A DNA stretch of 64,000 nt from Auanema rhodensis (lineage: Eukaryota > Animalia > Nematoda): positions 434,001-498,000 of the forward strand of contig CAXKVF010000079.1 in assembly GCA_964057225.1 (NCBI GenBank), given 5' to 3'. Under the pieces are notes generated by a model. That model was not told where the DNA came from, did no database searches, and saw nothing but the letters and a program-made list of their open reading frames with translations. This document shows positions 1 to 9,900 of the stretch, piece after piece; within the stretch, counting starts at the first letter, position 1; the number at the start of each line of letters is the position of its first letter. The position numbers and the translations under genes are program-made.

Positions 1-15
1 ATAAAGAGATGCGGT

Positions 16-99
16 TTTCAAAATTAGATTCCCCATGTCCATATTAGTCTAAAAACAAATTTTTATTGATATTGGTGCATGGTAACCATGACTTTGAAA
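16..99. repeat. Imperfect inverted repeat within each monomer, dyad axis at monomer position 57/58
   Basis: Co-axial complementary blocks: tttcaaa(16-22)/tttgaaa(93-99), ccatg(33-37)/catgg(78-82), taaaaa(50-55)/ttttta(60-65). 24 of 40 ungapped positions are Watson-Crick complementary by hand count. Confidence 0.85.
78..90. other. Short palindrome catggt-a-accatg (BstEII site GGTNACC at centre), one per monomer
   Basis: Read directly. It extends to tcatggt-a-accatga (77-91) in T77 monomers, e.g. 429-443. Confidence 0.9.
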
Positions 100-134
100 T
101 TTACGTGAACTTTAATTTATGCTAATTAAATGTA

Positions 135-174
135 CACGTGATGTGCACTTGGTATGTAACTCGCTTCACGTGAA
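135..174. other. Two CACGTG (E-box/G-box) hexamers per monomer (135-140 and 167-172, the latter within the 10-bp palindrome ttcacgtgaa), flanking palindrome gtgcac (143-148). Function unknown
   Basis: The motifs are read directly. Protein binding is not demonstrated. Confidence 0.6.
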
Positions 175-3100
175 AGATAAAGAGATGCGGTTTTCAAAAT
201 TAGATTCCCCATGTCCATATTAGTCTACAAACAAATTTTTATTGATATTGGTGCATGGTAACCATGACTTTGAAATTTACGTGAACTTTAATTTATGCTA
301 ATTAAATGTACACGTGATGTGCACTTGGTATGTAACTCGCTTCACGTGAAAGATAAAGAGATGCGGTTTTCAAAATTAGATTCCCCATGTTCATATTAGT
401 CTAAAAACAAATTTTTATTGATATTGGTTCATGGTAACCATGACTTTGAAATTTACGTGAACTTTAATTTATGCTAATTAAATGTACACGTGATGTGCAC
501 TTGGTATGTAACTCGCTTCACGTGAAAGATAAAGAGATGCGGTTTTCAAAATTAGATTCCCCATGTCCATATTAGTCTAAAAACAAATTTTTATTGATAT
601 TGGTTCATGGTAACCATGACTTTGAAATTTACGTGAACTTTAATTTATGCTAATTAAATGTACACGTGATGTGCACTTGGTATGTAACTCGCTTCACGTG
701 AAAGATAAAGAGATGCGGTTTTCAAAATTAGATTCCTCATGTCCATATTAGTCTAAAAACAAATTTTTATTGATATTGGTTCATGGTAACCATGATTTTG
801 AAATTTACGTGAACTTTAATTTATGCTAATTAAATGTACACGTGATGTGCACTTGGTATGTAACTCGCTTCACGTGAAAGATAAAGAGATGCGGTTTTCA
901 AAATTAGATTCCCCATGTCCATATTAGTCTAAAAACAAATTTTTATTGATATTGGTGCATGGTAACCATGACTTTGAAATTTACGTGAACTTTAATTTAT
1001 GCTAATTAAATGTACACGTGATGTGCACTTGGTATGTAACTCGCTTCACGTGAAAGATAAAGAGATGCGGTTTTCAAAATTAGATTCCCCATGTCCATAT
1101 TAGTCTAAAAACAAATTTTTATTGATATTGGTTCATGGTAACCATGACTTTGAAATTTACGTGAACTTTAATTTATGCTAATTAAATGTACACGTGATGT
1201 GCACTTGGTATGTAACTCGCTTCACGTGAAAGATAAAGAGATGCAGTTTTCAAAATTAGATTCCCCATGTCCATATTAGTCTAAAAACAAATTTTTATTG
1301 ATATTGGTGCATGGTAACCATGACTTTGAAATTTACGTGAACTTTAATTTATGCTAATTAAATGTACACGTGATGTGCACTTGGTATGTAACTCGCTTCA
1401 CGTGAAAGATAAAGAGATGCGGTTTTCAAAATTAGATTCCCCATGTCCATATTAGTCTAAAAACAAATTTTTATTGATATTGGTTCATGGTAACCATGAC
1501 TTTGAAATTTACGTGAACTTTAATTTATTCTAATTAAATGTACACGTGATGTGCACTTGGTATGTAACTCGCTTCACGTGAAAGATAAAGAGATGCGGTT
1601 TTCAAAATTAGATTCCCCATGTCCATATTAGTCTAAAAACAAATTTTTATTGATATTGGTTCATGGTAACCATGACTTTGAAATTTACGTGAACTTTAAC
1701 TTATGCTAATTAAATGTACACGTGATGTGCACTTGGTATGTAACTCGCTTCACGTGAAAGATAAAGAGATGCGGTTTTCAAAATTAGATTCCCCATGTCC
1801 ATATTAGTCTAAAAACAAATTTTTATTGATATTGGTGCATGGTAACCATGACTTTGAAATTTACGTGAACTTTAATTTATGCTAATTAAATGTACACGTG
1901 ATGTGCACTTGGTATGTAACTCGCTTCACGTGAAAGATAAAGAGATGCGGTTTTCAAAATTAGATTCCCCATGTCCATATTAGTCTAAAAACAAATTTTT
2001 ATTGATATTGGTTCATGGTAACCATGACTTTGAAATCTACGTGAACTTTAATTTATGCTAATTAAATGTACACGTGATGTGCACTTGGTATGTAACTCGC
2101 TTCACGTGAAAGATAAAGAGATGCGGTTTTCAAAATTAGATTCCCCATGTCCATATTAGTCTAAAAACAAATTTTTATTGATATTGGTGCATGGTAACCA
2201 TGACTTTGAAATTTACGTGAACTTTAATTTATGCTAATTAAATGTACACGTGATGTGCACTTGGTATGTAACTCGCTTCACGTGAAAGATAAAGAGATGC
2301 GGTTTTCAAAATTAGATTCCCCATGTCCATATTAGTCTAAAAACAAATTTTTATTGATATTGGTTCATGGTAACCATGACTTTGAAATTTACGTGAACTT
2401 TAATTTATGCTAATTAAATGTACACGTTATGTGCACTTGGTATGTAACTCGCTTCACGTGAAAGATAAAGAGATGCGGTTTTCAAAATTAGATTCCCCAT
2501 GTCCATATTAGTCTAAAAACAAATTTTTATTGATATTGGTGCATGGTAACCATGACTTTGAAATTTACGTGAACTTTAATTTATGCTAATTAAATGTACA
2601 CGTGATGTGCACTTGGTATGTAACTCGCTTCACGTGAAAGATAAAGAGATGCGGTTTTCAAAATTAGATTCCCCATGTCCATATTAGTCTACAAACAAAT
2701 TTTTATTGATATTGGTGCATGGTAACCATGACTTTGAAATTTACGTGAACTTTAATTTATGCTAATTAAATGTACACGTGATGTGCACTTGGTATGTAAC
2801 TCGCTTCACGTGAAAGATAAAGAGATGCGGTTTCCAAAATTAGATTCCCCATGTCCATATTAGTCTAAAAACAAATTTTTATTGATATTGGTTCATGGTA
2901 ACCATGTCTTTGAAAATTACGTGAACTTTATTTTATGCTAATTAAATGTACACGTGATGTGCACTTGGTATGTAACTCGCTTCACGTGAAAGATAAAGAG
3001 ATGCGGTTTTCAAAATTAGATTCCACATGTCCATATTAGTCTAAAAACAAATTTTTATTGATATTGGTGCATGGTAACCATGACTTTGAAATTTACGTGA

Positions 3101-3779
3101 ACTTTAATTTATGCTAATTAAATGTACACGTGATGTGCACTTAGTATGTAACTCGCTTCACGTGAAAGATAAAGAGATGTGGTTTTCAAAATTAGATTCC
3201 CCATGTCCATATTAGTCCAAAAACAAATTTTTATTGATATTGGTTCATGGTAACCATGACTTTGAAATTTACGTGAACTTTAATTTATGCTAATTAAATG
3301 TACACGTGATGTGCACTTGGTATGTAACTCGCTTCACGTGTAAGATAAAGAGATGCGGTTTTCAAAATTAGATTCCCCATGTCCATATTAGTCTAAAAAC
3401 AAATTTTTATTGATATTGGTGCATGGTAACCATGACTTTGAAATTTACGTGAACTTTAATTTATGCTAATTAAATGTACACGTGATGTGCACTTGGTACG
3501 TAACTCGCTTCACGTGAAAGATAAAGAGATGCGGTTTTCAAAATTAGATTCCCCATGTCCATATTAGTCTAAAAACAAATTTTTATTGATATTGGTTCAT
3601 GGTAACCATGACTTTGAAATTTACGTGAACTTTAATTTATGCTAATTAAATGTACACGTGATGTGCACTTGGTACGTAACTCGCTTCACGTGAAAGATAA
3701 AGAGATGCGGTTTTCAAAATTAGATTCCCCATGTCCATATTAGTCTAAAAACAAATTTTTATTGATATTGGTTCATGGT

Positions 3780-6700
3780 AACCATGACTTTGAAATTTAC
3801 GTGAACTTTAATTTATGCTAATTAAATGTACACGTGATGTGCACTTGGTATGTAACTCGCTTCACGTGAAAGATAAAGAGATGCGGTTTTCAAAATTAGA
3901 TTCCACATGTCCATATTAGTCTAAAAACAAATTTTTATTGATATTGGTTCATGGTAACCATGACTTTGAAATTTACGTGAACTTTAATTTATGCTAATTA
4001 AATGTACACGTGATGTGCACTTAGTATGTAACTCGCTTCACGTGAAAGATAAAGAGATGTGGTTTTCAAAATTAGATTCCCCATGTCCATATTAGTCTAA
4101 AAACAAATTTTTATTGATATTGGTGCATGGTAACCATGACTTTGAAATTTACGTGAACTTTAATTTATGCTAATTAAATGTACACGTGATGTGCACTTGG
4201 TATGTAACTCGCTTCACGTGAAAGATAAAGAGATGCGGTTTTCAAAATTAGATTCCCCATGTCCATATTAGTCTCAAAACAAATTTTTATTGATATTGGT
4301 GCATGGTAACCATGACTTTGAAATTTACGTGAACTTTAATTTATGCTAATTAAATGTACACGTGATGTGCACTTGGTATGTAACTCGCTTCACGTGAAAG
4401 ATAAAGAGATGCGGTTTTCAAAATTAGATTCCCCATGTCCATATTAGTCTAAAAACAAATTTTTATTGATATTGGTTCATGGTAACCATGACTTTGAAAT
4501 TTACGTGAACTTTAATTTATGCTAATTAAATGTACACGTGATGTGCACTTGGTATGTAACTCGCTTCACGTGAAAGATAAAGAGATGCGGTTTTCAAAAT
4601 TAGATTCCCCATGTCCATATTAGTCTAAAAACAAATTTTTATTGATATTGGTGCATGGTAACCATGACTTTGAAATTTACGTGAACTTTAATTTATGCTA
4701 ATTAAATGTACACGTGATGTGCACTTGGTATGTAACTCGCTTCACGTGAAAGATAAAGAGATGCGGTTTTCAAAATTAGATTCCCCATGTCCATATTAGT
4801 CTAAAAACAAATTTTTATTGATATTGGTTCATGGTAACCATGACTTTGAAATTTACGTGAACTTTAATTTATTCTAATTAAATGTACACGTGATGTGCAC
4901 TTGGTATGTAACTCGCTTCACGTGAAAGATAAAGAGATGCGGTTTTCAAAATTAGATTCCCCATGTCCATATTTGTCTAAAAACAAATTTTTATTGATAT
5001 TGGTTCATGGTAACCATGACTTTGAAATTTACGTGAACTTTAACTTATGCTAATTAAATGTACACGTGATGTGCACTTGGTATGTAACTCGCTTCACGTG
5101 AAAGATAAAGAGATGCGGTTTTCAAAATTAGATTCCCCATGTCCATATTAGTCTAAAAACAAATTTTTATTGATATTGGTTCATGGTAACCATGACTTTG
5201 AAATCTACGTGAACTTTAATTTATGCTAATTAAATGTACACGTGATGTGCACTTGGTATGTAACTCGCTTCACGTGAAAGATAAAGAGATGCGGTTTTCA
5301 AAATTAGATTCCCCATGTCCATATTAGTCTAAAAACAAATTTTTATTGATATTGGTGCATGGTAACCATGACTTTGAAATTTACGTGAACTTTAATTTAT
5401 GCTAATTAAATGTACACGTGATGTGCACTTGGTATGTAACTCGCTTCACGTGAAAGATAAAGAGATGCGGTTTTCAAAATTAGATTCCCCATGTCCATAT
5501 TAGTCTAAAAACAAATTTTTATTGATATTGGTGCATGGTAACCATGACTTTGAAATTTACGTGAACTTTAATTTATGCTAATTAAATGTACACGTGATGT
5601 GCACTTGGTATGTAACTCGCTTCACGTGAAAGATAAAGAGATGCGGTTTTCAAAATTAGATTCCACATGTCCATATTAGTCTAAAAACAAATTTTTATTG
5701 ATATTGGTTCATGGTAACCATGACTTTGAAATTTACGTGAACTTTAATTTATGCTAATTAAATGTACACGTGATGTGCACTTAGTATGTAACTCGCTTCA
5801 CGTGAAAGATAAAGAGATGTGGTTTTCAAAATTAGATTCCCCATGTCCATATTAGTCTAAAAACAAATTTTTATTGATATTGGTGCATGGTAACCATGAC
5901 TTTGAAATTTACGTGAACTTTAATTTATGCTAATTAAATGTACACGTGATGTGCACTTGGTATGTAACTCGCTTCACGTGAAAGATAAAGAGATGCGGTT
6001 TTCAAAATTAGATTCCCCATGTCCATATTAGTCTCAAAACAAATTTTTATTGATATTGATGCATGGTAACCATGACTTTGAAATTTACGTGAACTTTAAT
6101 TTATGCTAATTAAATGTACACGTGATGTGCACTTGGTATGTAACTCGCTTCACGTGAAAGATAAAGAGATGCGGTTTTCAAAATTAGATTCCCCATGTCC
6201 ATATTAGTCTAAAAACAAATTTTTATTGATATTGGTTCATGGTAACCATGACTTTGAAATTTACGTGAACTTTAATTTATGCTAATTAAATGTACACGTG
6301 ATGTGCACTTGGTATGTAACTCGCTTCACGTGAAAGATAAAGAGATGCGGTTTTCAAAATTAGATTCCCCATGTCCATATTAGTCTAAAAACAAATTTTT
6401 ATTGATATTGGTGCATGGTAACCATGACTTTGAAATTTACGTGAACTTTAATTTATGCTAATTAAATGTACACGTGATGTGCACTTGGTATGTAACTCGC
6501 TTCACGTGAAAGATAAAGAGATGCGGTTTTCAAAATTAGATTCCCCATGTCCATATTAGTCTAAAAACAAATTTTTATTGATATTGGTTCATGGTAACCA
6601 TGACTTTGAAATTTACGTGAACTTTAATTTATTCTAATTAAATGTACACGTGATGTGCACTTGGTATGTAACTCGCTTCACGTGAAAGATAAAGAGATGC

Positions 6701-6940
6701 GGTTTTCAAAATTAGATTCCCCATGTCCATATTTGTCTAAAAACAAATTTTTATTGATATTGGTTCATGGTAACCATGACTTTGAAATTTACGTGAACTT
6801 TAACTTATGCTAATTAAATGTACACGTGATGTGCACTTGGTATGTAACTCGCTTCACGTGAAAGATAAAGAGATGCGGTTTTCAAAATTAGATTCCCCAT
6901 GTCCATATTAGTCTAAAAACAAATTTTTATTGATATTGGT
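3780..6940 (+). repeat. Higher-order block duplication: ~3780-5180 repeated at ~5540-6940 (offset 1760 = 10 monomers)
   Basis: Ordered shared variants: ccac 3905/5665, cttag 4023/5783, ctcaaaac 4275/6035, attcta 4873/6633, tttgtc 4974/6734, taactt 5044/6804. Boundaries are approximate. Confidence 0.85.
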
Positions 6941-9900
6941 GCATGGTAACCATGACTTTGAAATTTACGTGAACTTTAATTTATGCTAATTAAATGTACA
7001 CGTGATGTGCACTTGGTATGTAACTCGCTTCACGTGAAAGATAAAGAGATGCGGTTTTCAAAATTAGATTCCCCATGTCCATATTAGTCTAAAAACAAAT
7101 TTTTATTGATATTGGTTCATGGTAACCATGACTTTGAAATCTACGTGAACTTTAATTTATGCTAATTAAATGTACACGTGATGTGCACTTGGTATGTAAC
7201 TCGCTTCACGTGAAAGATAAAGAGATGCGGTTTTCAAAATTAGATTCCCCATGTCCATATTAGTCTAAAAACAAATTTTTATTGATATTGGTGCATGGTA
7301 ACCATGACTTTGAAATTTACGTGAACTTTAATTTATGCTAATTAAATGTACACGTGATGTGCACTTGGTATGTAACTCGCTTCACGTGAAAGATAAAGAG
7401 ATGCGGTTTTCAAAATTAGATTCCCCATGTCCATATTAGTCTAAAAACAAATTTTTATTGATATTGGTGCATGGTAACCATGACTTTGAAATTTACGTGA
7501 ACTTTAATTTATGCTAATTAAATGTACACGTGATGTGCACTTGGTATGTAACTCGCTTCACGTGAAAGATAAAGGGATGCGGTTTTCAAAATTAGATTCC
7601 CCATGTCCATATTAGTCTAAAAACAAATTTTTATTGATATTGGTGCATGGTAACCATGACTTTGAAATTTACGTGAACTTTAATTTATGCTAATTAAATG
7701 TACACGTGATGTGCACTTGGTATGTAACTCGCTTCACGTGAAAGATAAAGGGATGCGGTTTTCAAAATTAGATTCCCCATGTCCATATTAGTCTAAAAAC
7801 AAATTTTTATTGATATTGGTGCATGGTAACCATGACTTTGAAATTTACGTGAACTTTAATTTATGCTAATTAAATGTACACGTGATGTGCACTTGGTATG
7901 TAACTCGCTTCACGTGAAAGATAAAGAGATGCGGTTTTCAAAATTAGATTCCCCATGTCCATATTAGTCTAAAAACAAATTTTTATTGATATTGGTGCAT
8001 GGTAACCATGACTTTGAAATTTACGTGAACTTTAATTTATGCTAATTAAATTTACACGTGATGTGCACTTGGTATGTAACTCGCTTCACGTGAAAGATAA
8101 AGAGATGCGGTTTTCAAAATTAGATTCCCCATGTCCATATTTGTCTAAAAACAAATTTTTATTGATATTGGTTCATGGTAACCATGACTTTGAAATTTAC
8201 GTGAACTTTAACTTATGCTAATTAAATGTACACGTGATGTGCACTTGGTATGTAACTCGCTTCACGTGAAAGATAAAGAGATGCGGTTTTCAAAATTAGA
8301 TTCCCCATGTCCATATTAGTCTAAAAACAAATTTTTATTGATATTGGTGCATGGTAACCATGACTTTGAAATTTACGTGAACTTTAATTTATGCTAATTA
8401 AATGTACACGTGATGTGCACTTGGTATGTAACTCGCTTCACGTGAAAGATAAAGAGATGCGGTTTTCAAAATTAGATTCCCCATGTCCATATTAGTCTAA
8501 AAACAAATTTTTATTGATATTGGTTCATGGTAACCATGACTTTGAAATCTACGTGAACTTTAATTTATGCTAATTAAATGTACACGTGATGTGCACTTGG
8601 TATGTAACTCGCTTCACGTGAAAGATAAAGAGATGCGGTTTTCAAAATTAGATTCCCCATGTCCATATTAGTCTAAAAACAAATTTTTATTGATATTGGT
8701 GCATGGTAACCATGACTTTGAAATTTACGTGAACTTTAATTTATGCTAATTAAATGTACACGTGATGTGCACTTGGTATGTAACTCGCTTCACGTGAAAG
8801 ATAAAGAGATGCGGTTTTCAAAATTAGATTCCCCATGTCCATATTAGTCTAAAAACAAATTTTTATTGATATTGGTGCATGGTAACCATGACTTTGAAAT
8901 TTACGTGAACTTTAATTTATGCTAATTAAATGTACACGTGATGTGCACTTGGTATGTAACTCGCTTCACGTGAAAGATAAAGGGATGCGGTTTTCAAAAT
9001 TAGATTCCCCATGTCCATATTAGTCTAAAAACAAATTTTTATTGATATTGGTTCATGGTAACCATGACTTTGAAATCTACGTGAACTTTAATTTATGCTA
9101 ATTAAATGTACACGTGATGTGCACTTGGTATGTAACTCGCTTCACGTGAAAGATAAAGAGATGGGGTTTTCAAAATTAGATTCCCCATGTCCATATTAGT
9201 CTAAAAACAAATTTTTATTGATATTGGTGCATGGTAACCATGACTTTGAAATTTACGTGAACTTTAATTTATGCTAATTAAATGTACACGTGATGTGCAC
9301 TTGGTATGTAACTCGCTTCACGTGAAAGATAAAGAGATGCGGTTTTCAAAATTAGATTCCCCATGTCCATATTAGTCTAAAAACAAATTTTTATTGATAT
9401 TGGTTCATGGTAACCATGACTTTGAAATTTACGTGAACTTTAATTTATGCTAATTAAATGTACACGTGATGTGCACTTGGTATGTAACTCGCTTCACGTG
9501 AAAGATAAAGAGATGCGGTTTTCAAAATTAGATTCCCCATGTCCATATTAGTCTAAAAACAAATTTTTATTGATATTGGTTCATGGTAACCATGACTTTG
9601 AAATTTACGTGAACTTTAATTTATGCTAATTAAATGTACACGTGATGTGCACTTGGTATGTAACTCGCTTCACGTGAAAGATAAAGAGATGCGGTTTTCA
9701 AAATTAGATTCCCCATGTCCATATTAGTCTAAAAACAAATTTTTATTGATATTAATTCATGATAACCATGATTTTGAAATTTACGTGAACTTTAATTTAT
9801 GCTAATTAAATGTAAACGTGATGTGCACTTGGTATGTAACTCGCTTCACGTGAAAGATAAAGAGATGCGGTTTTCAAAATTAGATTCCCCATGTCCATAT

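Larger units (their letters stand above)
1..176 (+). repeat. Representative consensus monomer (G allele at position 77)
   Basis: Matches the majority base at each position by inspection. Position 77 is G/T dimorphic across the array. Confidence 0.95.

Noticed and set aside
15-130. Phased A-tracts implying intrinsic curvature
   Set aside because: A/T tracts are present (15-23, 51-64, 93-102, 111-118) but not in a convincing continuous 10-11-bp phase by eye. This would need a curvature calculation.
1-176. Tandem RNA gene cluster (5S rRNA, tRNA, snRNA, spliced leader)
   Set aside because: I see no recognisable 5S, tRNA cloverleaf/A-B box or snRNA sequence. An Rfam/Infernal search would be the definitive test.
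1-176. Identity with known 171-178-bp satellites (alpha satellite, CEN178, CentBr, honeybee AluI) or a CENP-B box
   Set aside because: Only the length is similar. The consensus has no HindIII or AluI site, I recall no sequence match, and there is no TTCG-N4-A-N2-CGGG CENP-B box.
8039-8221. 60-aa ORF MLIKFTRDV...
   Set aside because: It is one satellite monomer read through because the consensus TAG (monomer 45-47) is mutated to TTG at 8141-8143. Nearly all other monomers keep the stop, and there is no recognisable protein or gene context.
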